A stretch of 64,000 nucleotides of DNA from Podarcis pityusensis. Taxonomy: Eukaryota. The notes under the pieces are model-generated. The model saw only the letters and a list, made by a program, of their open reading frames with translations, was not told where the DNA came from and ran no database searches. The stretch is from the NCBI GenBank assembly GCA_964106645.2, contig OZ067051.1; one strand, 5' to 3'. Below are positions 1-13,029 of this stretch, piece after piece (the first letter of the stretch is position 1; the number at the start of each line of letters is the position of its first letter). The translations under genes and the position numbers were made by a program.

Positions 1-3000
1 ACTCCAGCTTTCGTTATGATTTTAGAACTGTACTCATGATCATGCATGCCTAGAAGCTTGTTGTGTAGAAAAGGGACTTCCTAAGTTTACAGGTCCTTGG
101 ATGGGAATTTTCCAGTAAGAGGCCTTCCTTGTGTCTCTAGACACTTGCTTAAATCGTAGAAAGCATATATACTGTAGAGTGGATTTGACTGAAGAATGCT
201 GTCCCTCCCCTGATCTATGAATTCCCACAATGTATGGCAATAACATGTTGAAATATTATTGCATAGTGAGATTTGATTTATTTCTGGCAGCAAATGTAGA
301 CATGTGCTGAATGTATGATGGGGAAATGAGGGGGAACCCCTGAGGTAGATAAGGATTAAAGGGGTGGGGTTGGTTTTGGGGAAAAGGCAGGAGGCATTTT
401 CAGAAGCTGCTTCTGCTACTCCCAACCTTATGCCACACATTGGACATCCTCTGAATCTTCAAGTGCTTTGACTGGAGCCAGCCTGCAAGTCCCAACACCT
501 GCCTAATCTCCTGGCAAGCAGCCATTTTTTGCATTGTAACCCTTGACATTCTGCAGCCTCAGGTGGAGTTTTTTTTGGGGGGTGGGCGGGAGAAGGGAAG
601 GAAAGGAGGAATTCTGAGACACTCCAGAATAAAATGATGTCAGCGATTGTACATCAATCTTAGTAACCAAGCTGGCCCAAAGACAAAAATAGTTTAAATT
701 GGACTTCTTCAGGCACACATAGAAAAATCCCTAGGGCTGTTGTTAATCTGGTAAAGTGGAGGCTAGGAAATCTTAAACAGAAGCTGTATTAACTGGATTA
801 CAAATGGTCATGGTCTCCCTACCCCTCTCTGAAGTAGAACCTGTACTTTCGGAACATTTAGAAACAAAAACAAAACTGCTTACTTTAAGAACATCCCATA
901 AGCCAAATATAGCAGCATTTTTATGTAGGATTGACAGTGGTTCTGTCCTTTCAACAGCTGTGGGACAGGCAAAAATAATTAAGCATAGCTACACTCACTA
1001 CTGTCTCCGTACTAGAAAAAGCTGCACCTGTTGATTTTCCATGTTGAAGTTATTGTAACTGCAGTGCCTCTATGCAAAAAAGCTATCTTTGCAACCTTGT
1101 TTTCATGAAGCATTTTCTTAAAGTAATTCAGAGGATCTGCATGAAAGGAATAGCTATAGGAGCCAATCTATCGATTTTATGAGGGCTTAATTTAAAAATG
1201 AAGTATTATTTGAAGGCTGCATTTCAACTTCTTTCTCGGGGGGTGGGGGTGGAGTTAAAGAGGCTTCATGTCTCTTATTCTAGTATCCTGCTTAAATCCC
1301 CCAAGATTTGCTGTTTTCAAGCACTATCTTGAGGCCTGTCTTTCCCTTTGCTGGGGGTTCTCTTCATCCATTAACAAAGACAAATTGAAATCATGTGTTT
1401 TTGCATTATGGGTAAGCCATTCTCGGGGGAAGGGGCATGATTTCTTCATGTTTTCACTGTTACAATCACAGTAATGGTGCTTTATTGATAATTACTAATA
1501 TTGAGAGCAATTCAGGTCCCCAATAGGAAGAGAAGGGTGCAATTTAAGTCTCATTTTGAGCAAAAGCCAGACACATTCCCATGTTGGAACAGCTACCACA
1601 TCTTTATAAGCAAGTGTGCACTTTCTTTTAACCATGCAATAGACTTTATTTTCTGGCAACTGTGTGTGTGAATGGTTCAAATTGACAGGTTGCAATGTAC
1701 CTTGTTAAAGCTCTTGAGCAGATATCTCATTTTTCCGAACAATTTGGCAGTGCTATTCCTCTTTTGCCTCAAAGATATTAAATATAACACATTTCTAAAT
1801 GCATTCGTCTTCGCAGAGAGCATTCCTTTGCCAGTGAGTAAGTGGCTCTGCTAAAACCCATCTTTTGTGTTTTTGACACATTTTATTTAAGGGATTAAAA
1901 GAAGCCATTACCAAAAACGTGAAGGTTCTCAGGGGTCATTTAGCATAGACCACCTCGGAGCCAAACACTGGTTTGAAATGACTTGATGGAGGAAACGGCT
2001 ATATAGCTTTTAATAATACAATATAATACAATCAGTAATACATTTTTTAAAATAGAGGTGCATTCAGGCATGGTCACACGACCACCATGTTTGTTGGAGT
2101 TTATAGAAATTGTAGGGCATTGTGGCTCTTTGCCAATGGCAAGCTGGCTAGATGTTACACAGCTGTGTCATGTGTATGTATTTTTTTTTAAATGTGGCCC
2201 ATAGAAAATTTTAATTAAGGTCTTTTTATGTGGCCCTTTGTCACAACAGTCACAGGGCCATTGTACCTCAAAATAAAACACAACTAACACAATACAATCA
2301 ATGCATTGTGCAGTCTTGGTAACATGCAAAAAACAATCCTGAATATTGCCATGAGACACACAGTTGACCATTTCCCTCCAGGCAGCTGAGGTGCACATTA
2401 ACTTCAAGCAATTTCTGCACACCCATTTGGACCTTGAGTTGATTTTGATTTGAAGATGTAAATGCCCCGATCCTGCTTGGGAGACCTGTGCAGATATCAT
2501 TTGCTGGTGGAAATCCAGTATGCGTTAGATTGTGTATCCACATGCCAATTGCAATTCATCTGCATTGCATTGTTTTCAGTAGCATGCACATTTGAATGTG
2601 AATCCTCATTCTGGCTCAACTAGGCACATCTAAATGCCATTTAAAAAGAGCTAGTGTTAGAATGAGATGAAAGCATGTTGAGCTCTTGGTTTTTATCTGA
2701 GCTTAGAGTTGTTCGCTGTCTTCACTACTACTTCTGAAATGCCACCTGCTGGAGGAAAAACAATACATAAGATTGGGAAGTCTGTCTTGTGAGGGCCAAC
2801 TAATAACTGTTGGTAGCCAGTAGCTGCTTGAAAATGCTACACATGTAGGCTCCCAACCCTTGGGTAATGCAGCCGGTACCATGTGCATAATCAGTCATTT
2901 TACACATCACTGCAAAAATGCTTTTCCAGTATTTGCCAAGAAACACGCAACATTTGATCATGCATAGGGCATCACTTGAGCATGACCACTGGGTGATAGG

Positions 3001-3994
3001 CAAGAAGTCAGCACATAGGCATATGGTTGCATAAATGAGCATTTAATATTAAAAGCTTTTGCCGTTTTCATACTTTCAAAGTTCCCCAAGTGCTACACCA
3101 AAGGTATTGACCAGTGTAGGTTGGCCCTTATCTGCTGCCATAGAAACATGGCAGGTCCCCATTCTGCTGTCATAAAAACATATCTGAATATCTGAAAAGT
3201 TAGTCCTGATTCTGGCCTGTATCACAGAGGAATGTTGATGCTTGAGATTAAGTTCTGAGACAGGTAAATGCTCCATGGTTAGTTCATTGTTTGAGATCGA
3301 CAAGATGAATTTGTAACAATGGTAACTTCTTGTATACTGGGGCTGTGGTCTTGCTTGCTGCACTCGCCAACCCTCCTGCCATTGCCTCTCAGAGTGTCTC
3401 CATCCTTGCTTTCCTTAAACTTCTGTCATTTTTGTAAAAAAAAAAACAAAAAACTACTTTCCCCTCTCAGTGCCGCTCCCAAGCCATAGCCTCTGCTGTA
3501 GTGCGATCTTCACTTTTGCTCCTCTTCACTGCCCTGACTTCATAGAAATCCAGGATTGTGATGCAGCACTGGAAATCCTCCAACATGGGCTACACAACAA
3601 CATTCTTACATTTTTATTATATAGAGAAACATTAAAAGCCTCTTCAAGTCAACTTGGAGTGGTTTGTTTCTGAGACACTAGAGTAAGGGGCCTGTTGGGA
3701 TGACAAGGAACATACCTTGCAGAGCCTGAAGCTGAGAAAGATTTCTGCCTCTCCTCCTCCTGAAATGTTTATACAAAGTCCACTTACTTTCCCTCAAAAG
3801 AAATCTGAGTAATGAAGTATTGTTAACATACACTGTCATCATACTAGATTCATTCTTTTCCTTTTTCATGCTTCGTTCTTCCTGTTCTGGCTATCTTGTT
3901 TTCAAGACTGAAAATGTGCTTTTTCACCCTCCCAGTCATTCCATCACGTTCACACAAAGCTTCTTATTTTGCTGCTCTTTGTTCTTGGCTTCAG

Positions 3995-4145
3995 GCAGTT
4001 TTGTAACTACCTTGAGATCCTGATAAAAGACATCCTGGCTCCTAATCTGCAGTGGCAAGCTGGAAGAACAGCAGCTGCCATCCGCACGACTGCTGTATCA
4101 TGCCTCTGGGCTCTTATTTACAGTGAACTGCTTTCACCAGAAGAG
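3995..4145 (+). CDS. DNAAF5: DNAAF5 coding exon (151 bp)
   Basis: ttcag|G CAG TTT...GAA GAG|gtaaac; [50 protein letters not shown]. Confidence 0.93.
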
Positions 4146-7100
4146 GTAAACGTCCCCCTCCTCCCCTGACAGCCATTCTGAATATTGTCATCCAGAAATG
4201 CAAATCATCTCTGTCTTTCTATAAATCAAAGCTCTTGCCAAAATACAGCATAGGAAAACAAGTTTAGAATATGGGTTTAGCCTGAAAATTGATACTTGGG
4301 TAGCAAGCATTTTCTCATTGGGTCACTCCTAACATACATATTTTTGATGGCGGGGGAAAGATCTGCAATAAAAAAGGCAGAATTCTGAAGCTCTTCACCT
4401 GCAAACAGGGCAGCGGCTATTTGCAGGGGTGGGGAAGTATTATTAGAGAGCTGACCCCTTCTTTGAATGTTGAAGGCTTTATTTTAAAATATGTAAATTT
4501 CTAGCCTCTTTCCATATGCCTGGAAGTCACATGCAGGCAATATTCTGTCCAATTGCTCAGTAAGAAGTAAATCTGCTTGCACCTTCCAGCATCCTGTCAA
4601 ATGAGAGAGCAAAGGCACTGGGCCAAGTGGTAAGTGATTGGCCCTTATATTTAATTTTATTCAAATCCTTTAGCGAGTGACTTTAAATGCATTGCTACCT
4701 GTATTTAGATCCTTGCTGTGTCCCACTGACTTCCAAAGTCCCCCTCCAGGGTCTTTCCTTTCCCCCTCTCCCACCCTCACAGGTCTGTCTGCTTCACAAA
4801 TAGTATTGATGAAATAATTTTAAAAGGTGGCCTTAGGTTTTATAATATTGGAGCTTTGCATTTGTATATTAAGCAACGCTATCTAAATCATAAAAATAAA
4901 GGGTTGGAGCTGGAATAAGTTAGTCACCCCTAGGTCCCATTGAAATGAATGTGAAAAGTGAGTAATAATTAACAAATGACACTATTTTAATGGGAACTTG
5001 GTGCCACTAACATAGTCTAGATCCAGCCCATAGTTTTTAAAGAAAAAAAATGCCCGACGCTTGGATCAGTTCCTTTTAAAGTGGGCTTTAACAGAGGATT
5101 AGACAAATTCAAGGGGTAAATTCAGCAGCTATTGCCCAAATAGCTCAATAAAACTACTTTTGAGAAGCTATGCTGCTGAATATCAGTTGCTATTAGATAA
5201 CATCAGAAGTCTATTGCCTTATGGCCCTTCTTGTGGGCTCCCAGGCGACTTCTGCTTGACCACCCAAGAAAGCAGTATGTTAGACTAGATAGAGAATTTT
5301 TATCAGCTTTCATTATATTCTTTTGCCATTTGCGTGATCTGGCACTGACTTGATCCTTGTCCTAAATGGTTTCTGCAAGCTGGTACATATCAACTGCGCT
5401 GCAGCAGAATAAAATTGAAACATGATATAGGAGCCTGAAAGGGTGTGGAGGAGACCCCTGAACTCAACAAAGTGCAAGGAGAGTTATTGATTGGGAACCA
5501 CACATGGTAACAGAGGTTTGTGTGGAAGATCTGGAGAATGAGAAGCTGCTACGCAACAAAAAAGGAGGCAGATGAAATAGTAGGCAATGGCTGTTCAAAG
5601 GTTTCGTACAACTTGGGAAAGGAGTAACACTAAGTATTCTCTGCCCCTATCTCTGATGTAGAGTTTGTGCACAAACCCTAACACTCCATATTTTTCTTTC
5701 TTTTGAGATTTGGGTGGTCTGTTACAAATGTAGTTTGACTTTTACTGTTTGTCTATATTTGGATATTGTGGCTGCTTATGGCCAAGACAATAAAACTCAT
5801 TTGACTGAGAGACTAAACAGTTTGGAAGATAGCTCAGAAGATCCCTCTAGAGTGAATGCAAGACATGCACATCCTTGCATTTGTTAGAATACAAATGTTC
5901 TTCTGCATACTTTACCCAAAAGCAGGCTGTGTAGTGTAGAGCATGGTTTGCACCCTAGTAGAATATGTGTCACACCAGTACTATAGCCATGGTCCTCTTT
6001 CTGCTTTTGCCTTAAGATTTTTTAGAAATTGAAAAGCTTAAGGGTAGAGGGTATATTGGTTGCAAGATGTGGTTAAGGTGCGTCTTGGGTTGAAGACTCT
6101 TGGTTTAAGAGCTTAAATTTGAACATGAGCACCATCTTCTGGAATACTAAAGAAATGCTAACTTTAAATCATTCATCTCTCACTCCAAAAGTGTGCTGGT
6201 GGTGGCAGCCATGTCGTATGATCGTTGGAATTGCTTCCCTAGCCTTCAAAACATGTGCCTAATCCCCTGAAATATTTGCATTGTGGTTTTAGAGAACTCT
6301 ACTGTACCCCACGGAGCTGAAACGGCAGATACACAGAAAATGAAAAGGTCATGAGGACATGGCTGGGATCCAGAGAGTTAGGCACAGCAAACGGGCGTGC
6401 ATGTGCCCAGGGGGATTTCCCCCACTACCTTTCTCTGATGCCAATGCCATATCACAAACTGCTTTTGATAGTTTCAAAAGCAGTTTGCCACATCATAGTT
6501 TGAGGAGTTCTCTGTGTGTGTCTTGTTTCTGTATAAGAAACCCAAACTCATCATAACCTCCTCTTAGGGCCAGGCGGTTCATATTTTCACCTGGCCATTT
6601 TTATTATATCTACCATTAATTTAATTGAACAAGCCAAAAGGGTAAAGCGATTGAGAACAAGCTATGTGAATCCATGTTCTCTCTCACAAGCAAATCCCCA
6701 CACGTCAAGCTGTTCGTTGTGGTTAAAGGAAAAATCTGCTCAGTGAATGAGCCAAGAAGACAATGCTTTTCTTAAGAGATTTACTTTATTAGCATCTGTC
6801 CCTGTCCTTGGCATTTGCCTGCATCCTGCAGACGTCAATGAATATAATAACAGACAATAACAGAAATCAAACTGGTTGCAACTGCATTCCCCTTTTCTTA
6901 AGCTGGCGGTTCCTTTCCTTGTTTTCAGATGCTGAAAGTTGAAGATGTGCTGATGCCCAAAATAGTTGCCACACTGGAAGAAGATTCCAAAATGACACGC
7001 TTAATGTCTTGTCGAATAATCAGCATTTTTCTAGACGGCTGCGTAAAACAATTTGAACTCAGCAAAATTTATCCAGGTATGATAGCCGTTGGTGGTGGTG

Positions 7101-9719
7101 GCCAATCTTTCTGACTTCTCTTGTTTGAGAATGTGCCCCTCAAGTTCGCAGGTACAGGTGCATCCTCCTGCACCTTCTTATGTTTTACCTTCTAGCCTGC
7201 TAAACTGTGGAGCAGGAGAGTGCAAGACAGTCTGAGTGGAGAGTGGACCTGACTGGTTACCATAACCAGACCCATAGGCATGTACAGGTGTGAAGAGGCC
7301 CTCTTAGCCTCTGCTACTTGTGCCACCCATGTCACGGTTTGCCCATCTAGTTTACATGGTGTGTTTCTTTTAAATGAAGTAAATACCCCCAGTGTTAAAA
7401 CTAATTTCAAATTTACATAATGACAGCTGACACAAGAACACTGATTTCTTACCGCTCATCTTACTTTTGGGGAAGCTGAAAGTAGCACAGGTGGGGTTCC
7501 TGTATAGTTTCTCCCATAGGCACTGACCAGGCCTGGGCTGATTAGGTCCAAAAAGGTTTTTGCATCATGTGGCTATGCCCTGAGCCACTTGCAGTTTGAT
7601 GAGAGTCGGAGCAAGTGCTGCTGCATCTGCAAAAGCAGGTGCTGACCCCTGCAGATTGAAATGGTGTGAAACGTGATCTCTGCGCAAACTTGTATGGAGA
7701 ACAGAAACAAGTGGTTCACACATGTGAAGGCGCCCCTTTAAAGCAATGACTCTGTTAGACTATATTTTTGAACATAACTGAGCCAAGAAAAGGGGGGGGA
7801 GCAATGTAATCTGCTAACCACGGGCAACAATCGTGGTTTTGCTGGGAAGGACAGATCAGTATGAAGAGGAGCAACTGGGAAACCTGTGCCCCCTCAAATA
7901 TTGTTAAGCTCCGTTTCTCATCAGCCACAGGCAGCATGGCCAGCAGTTGAGGATGTGAGTCTAACGGAACCTGGAGGTGCACAACAGGTTCTCATACCTG
8001 GCACAGAATCTCCTTACCTTTTTGTTTTTATTCAGGAAGTCAATTGAAGAAAATAAAGACATTTTCACGTTGCTTTATTGTGTTAATTTTATTGTATAGA
8101 ATGTTCTTAATTGGGGTGTGTGTGAGAGAGAGAGACACTACTAGATCCTAGTCAGCAGAGTGTAAATTTTAGGAACAAAATAAGTTCCCTATCTCTTTGC
8201 AACATAATTTCCATTTGTTACTGAATATGGCATATAGTAAACTTTTGGTGCTATTGTATCATTTTTCAGAACTCCTAAAGCGTTTGGATGATTCATCACA
8301 TGAGGTCCGACTAGCAGCTGCCAATGCCTTGCTCAGCTGGTTCAAATGTATAAACAATGACGAAAAGAAAGCCCTATTAAAAACCAACATTGAGGTCCTG
8401 TATCAAGAACTGTTGGTTCACCTGGATGACCCTGACCAGAATATCCAGTCTGCTGTCTTAGGTAAGCCTTTGAATGAGTTGTCGCTTTGATGTTTTTTTA
8501 AGAAGTTGGATTAAGCACCTATTTTCTGTGGCAGTAGTAGCTGTGACACCAAATGATGGTCAGAAAAGAGAGAGAGTTGCTTCATCTTTCTGGGTGGAGG
8601 AGAGTGCTCTGGCAATGTGAAGTGGGAAATCATGTTCTGTGTGAAAGGTGGTCAGCTTTGAGAAGGTAAGGTGTTTGCAAGGGCAGCAAGTATCAAAGGA
8701 AGGGAACTGGAGAGGAAGGGATGAAGGAGGTTGTCTTTCCAAAGGTACAGATATACGAGTCCTGCTTATACTAAATCCCATGAGAAGTAATTTCTGAATA
8801 AATGTACACATGGATGCCTTAGTTTGGCTAATGAGATAGGTGGGAAGAACTCTATAAAATATGAGTTTACACTTTTCTTGTAGATATGGACTAAACTAAT
8901 GTCCCTTTTTATTTGTTTGACTTGTCTGTATTAGGAGTAGCTTCACCAATTGTTGTGGAAGGTTTTATTACTGTTGTTGAGAAAATAATTTTTCCAAGCT
9001 TGCAATCTTTGTCTTTCATAATCTACTCACCAAATGATCTGTTTATATTATTAAGACCTGTGCAAAATGTCATTTTAACTTGCTTGACACTGACTACAGG
9101 TTTTACCAAGCACTGTGTCTGTGACTGAAGCATGCAACTTTAGGCTCAAATTGCACTGAGCTCTTCTTGCAGGTGCGCCAATGCATTAATACAGCTAGAC
9201 TTTCCTCCATTTCAGTGGAGGAAACAGCTCCTTTGCACAAAATATTCAAATTTGCATTGGTGTGTATATGGGGCTCGTAATTGTGTCGGCTGCATAAAAA
9301 TAAAAAGGAATCCATGGAGGCATCATTTTTTTCCTGAAAAAACTCCAGGAGGATTTTGAGTTATTTTTGCAACACAGGGAGAAACTATGAAAATACTTAA
9401 AGTTCATGTGCTTTTAAAAGTTTTCTATTTATATTTGGTATGATCAGCTTCATATTGTTTCTGAAAAAAAATGCATGCTTTCTAAGCTAAGAAGGCTCCT
9501 GTGTTTTTGGCAAACAGTAGGAAGTGAAGGACAAGCTGTTTTTGGTAACTGTATATAAACTTGTGTTTTGCAGATATTTTGAAAGAAGGAGGTGTTCTCT
9601 ATCCAGATAGCTTGGCAAAAGAAATTGAAGCAGTTGTGCGCAAACATCGCTCTCCAGCCTACTGTGATCAGTTGCTGCTGCACATTGAATCAACGGGCTG
9701 GAGATACTCAGAATCATAA
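3995..9719 (+). CDS. DNAAF5: DNAAF5/HEATR2 (dynein axonemal assembly factor 5), 3' part; join(3995..4145,6929..7076,8270..8461,9574..9719); 5' exons lie upstream of the window
   Basis: Four GT-AG exons with compatible phases give ...[30 protein letters not shown]...[16 protein letters not shown]...ELLKRLDD...LLVHLDDPD...[12 protein letters not shown]..., recognisable as the HEAT-repeat C-terminus of DNAAF5. Position upstream of SUN1 matches known synteny. Confidence 0.95.
5075..5325 (+). mobile_element. Old CR1-like 3' fragment
   Basis: ggctttaacagaggattagacaaattca...ttgtgggctccca...atgttagactagat. Confidence 0.5.
6929..7076 (+). CDS. DNAAF5: DNAAF5 coding exon (148 bp)
   Basis: ttttcag|ATG...CCA G|gtatga; [49 protein letters not shown]. 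Confidence 0.93.
8270..8461 (+). CDS. DNAAF5: DNAAF5 coding exon (192 bp)
   Basis: tttttcag|AA CTC...TTA G|gtaagc; [25 protein letters not shown]...[17 protein letters not shown]. Confidence 0.94.
9574..9719 (+). CDS. DNAAF5: DNAAF5 terminal coding exon, stop TAA 9717-9719
   Basis: ttttgcag|AT ATT TTG AAA GAA GGA; [48 protein letters not shown]. Not in the supplied ORF track. Confidence 0.92.
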
Positions 9720-9771
9720 ATGCTTTTGTGGGCTGTGACTTCTCATTTGTACCATACAATGTTGACACTTC

Positions 9772-9829
9772 AATAAATGGAGAAGTTTCAGCTGCCACGT
9801 ACTGACATTCATGCACAGATATAAATAAA
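9772..9829 (+). terminator. Candidate DNAAF5 polyadenylation signals (AATAAA at 9772-9777 and 9824-9829)
   Basis: Two canonical hexamers about 50 and 105 nt after the stop, with T-rich sequence downstream. Confidence 0.55.
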
Positions 9830-10715
9830 AACTCCTACAGGCAAAATATTTTTAACTTTTTTAACAGAAAAAAAAACTTGAAAAGACAAATGTGTGAATA
9901 AGAGTTACATTGTTTTTCATATTGTTGCAAATCCCACATCTAACATCTCTGCAGTGAACTTTAGACCACTGAATGATGTTACAATGTGTTGACTCAGCTG
10001 TGTATTATACAAGTTACTATGCATACTGTAAGATCTGTATGACACAAAATCTCTATGACACAAAATGAAGATCTGGAGACATTTAAAGGTTTACCAAGCA
10101 GCAGAATTCAAATCTATTTTTGACCTTGGTAGTTCTTTAAAAGTATTGGTATTGGACCTCTCAAGTGTGAAGCATTTAGACCCCGACCTAGACACTCATC
10201 ACTGCAAGGAGGAGTGGCTGTCTTCATTTGAATTAAGACTGGATGTGTCTGGCCATGACAACATGCATACATTGCGGGAAGAGCAGGAAAGTCCAATCTC
10301 CTTTCACTTAAATTTATGTTACCACATTTCCGGTAATGTAAATACCCAATATCCTGGGCATGTATCATTATATTGCTTTGGATTACTATGTGATGAGTGT
10401 GTTATTTGGGGAGTCTTAACTATAGATGGGGTTTGGTAAGGAATGAATGAATTATAGATAATAAAATTATTTGCATTTCTCGCTGGATATTCATTATAGT
10501 TTGGTTTGCTGCAAAAATTTTTTTGTTCCATGTCGAAGTGCCTTTATTAAATGAACCACTGTTTTTTCTTTATTGGTTGGGCTGCAAGTAACTGAACTCC
10601 CATTGCAAATAACTGATCTCTCATGTTAGCTTACAGTGCCCAGTTTTGATGACATGGTTAATGTGTGTCATTTGGTTTTTTGATACTTTATCATAAAATA
10701 CACCACGTGTCCATA

Positions 10716-10717
<2 letters not shown>

Positions 10718-10752
<35 letters not shown>
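10718..10752. repeat. (TG)n microsatellite
   Basis: About 17 perfect TG units. Confidence 0.95.
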
Positions 10753-10756
<4 letters not shown>

Positions 10757-12137
10757 ATAAGTCAAGTGACTGGCAAAACAGAAAAGAGGCTTAACATTCT
10801 ACCGTTAAATATATTAGCTTCTGCCTTTGTCAATGACACAGCTAGATTTCAAACCAGACACTAGGAGCCAAAGTCTAAAAATAGTGGAGAAAAGAAGGTG
10901 GCACCTACTATATAAGTACAAAATAAGTTTTAAACAATTCAAGGCATTGATTAATGATTGTGCATTATCCTCTAAGATAAGACAATGGGGTGTTGGGGTG
11001 TTGAGTCTGTGTATCCAGGAGCTCTCTCTTTTGGTGTCCAAGGATGGGGTAGGTTTTTTGTTATTTCTCTCTCTGTGTGTAAGTAATTGACTACAGTCTT
11101 AAAAAATGTTCAGCAAAGTCCTTCACTAAAGGCTCCTGAGCAAACAGCATTCATGAGGCAAGGGCATGCGGCCTGTTGTGGATATGAAACTGGTTAAAGA
11201 GGGAAGACATAATGTTCACAGTTGATGGAAATAAGTAACCCAGAAGCTGTATTTAACTTCTAAATTATCTGAAGCAAGGGATGAGTGATGAGGTAACTAA
11301 ATACCATATTCACTATCAGAAGGCATAGGCAGGGAAGATGTATTTGCATGGCACCAAAGAGATGTCCACAATGGGGCTAGGCAGACCTCATCATATCATT
11401 GTGTGCGGGTATATATTTATTGTTGAGCCCCACTAGCAAACATATTTTAAAAGGGCACAATAGCCATTTAATAATTAAACTGGGTTTAATTTATAAACTC
11501 CTTTGTGCCTCACCTTTTGCTCCTAGTTATTTTGTTTCTATTTTGGGCTGCCTTTTAGGGCATAGTCCTCACAAGATACATACAGAAACAAACACAGAAG
11601 AAAAGAACAAAAACAAGATTCAAAACAATTATAAAGGAGCGGCTTAAATAAAGATGCCAGAAGCATTCCATAAAAATTGGAGGGTGCTCCCTGCCTGGGC
11701 ATATTAGCCAAGTTTCCAGTGAATAATATATACTCTGCCTAAAGGATGCTAAGGAGTCCTGTACCCTAGGGAGATATGACACTTGGCTCAACTGAAACAC
11801 CAGAAACTTCTCGCTCTCCCCAGCCTTCAACTACAGTAGTCCATTTTAGCAGGTTGTTGCAGGAACTGTTGCCAACTCAGATCTAGTGCATCCAAGTTTG
11901 CCTTCTTCCCCTCCTCCCTCCCAGTCCCTCTTCCATTTTGTGTCTTCATCTTTTTAGAATTGTAAACCGAAGGTCAGGGACTATCTTTGTAAACTGCAAA
12001 TCTATCTTATTTTTTTCCAGCTGACGAACAGGCTTCAAAACAAAATAAAAACAAACCAACCCTTGGAACAAATACAATCTAAAGGCTCCCAGATGTTGTT
12101 GGACTCCAGCTCCCATCACCACCAGCCAGTATGACAT

Positions 12138-12275
12138 CAGCGGTTCTCAACCTGTGGGTCCCCAGATGTTGTTGGACTACAACCCCCATCATCCCTGAGC
12201 TCTGGTCTTGCTAGCTAGGGGTGATGGGAGTTGTAATTCAACAACATCTGGGGACCCACAGCTTGAGAAAGGCTG
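12138..12275. mobile_element. Palindromic hAT-type MITE
   Basis: ~55-bp inverted arms CAGCGGTTCTCAACCTGTGGGTCCCCAGATGTTGTTGGACTACAAC... / ...GTTGTAATTCAACAACATCTGGGGACCCACAGCTTGAGAAAGGCTG; no TSD retained. Confidence 0.8.
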
Positions 12276-13029
12276 AGTCTTAAGGGATTAATTAGGTCAC
12301 TGTAGTGCACTGATACCCAGAGGTTCCCCACCCTCATGGCTTCACTTTATCCTCAAGTATTTTTCAGATTCATTTTTTTGCTGTTTTCACTTTCCATATT
12401 TTATTTGGTACTTTGTGTTTTTTCCCTTTGTGTATTGTACGGCACCGCAGGGCAGGGGCATAGGGCGAGCTGCCCCAGCTTCCATCATGGGTGTGTGTGT
12501 GTGACAAATTATCAAGTAACAATTACTGCCCTACTAGGGCGGTTCATAAAAACCTTTTAAAAAAAAAAAAAAAAGCCTGTTCCAAAGGTCTTATTTTACT
12601 ACACTAGGGATTATATAGCTCTATATCAAATTTCATGCATATCAGTTAATGTCTTGACCCTCCACGAAAATAGCTATTTACTTGGCCGTTTTCCTATGTC
12701 GCGAAGGCTGAAATTTCAGTTCAGTGGAGCACTTACTGTTCCCAAGGCTTACCCTGCGGAAAGCCATCGAATTAGACTTTAATTTGATTTTGACATGTTT
12801 TTAGGAGGTAATTTAATTATAGTTTGATTTTATACCAATGTTATGTATCTGATGATAGCTGCCCTGAGTCCGACTTCAGCTGGGAGGGCAGGATATAAAT
12901 AAAAGTTGTTTATTATTATTATTCCTTTGTAAGGAAATATGAAATAACATAAAACCATTTTTTCAGGCAAAAAAAAAATCCATCCATGTTGGGGGGTGAG
13001 AAGAAATTTGGGTACCACCTGACCTTCCT

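Noticed and set aside
1-3994. Additional DNAAF5 exons or other genes among the ORFs in the first 4 kb
   Set aside because: No translation resembles DNAAF5 or any protein I recognise; treated as intron
10065-10439. 124-aa plus-strand ORF after DNAAF5
   Set aside because: No recognisable domain or splice context; lies in the 3' UTR/flank and its length is compatible with chance
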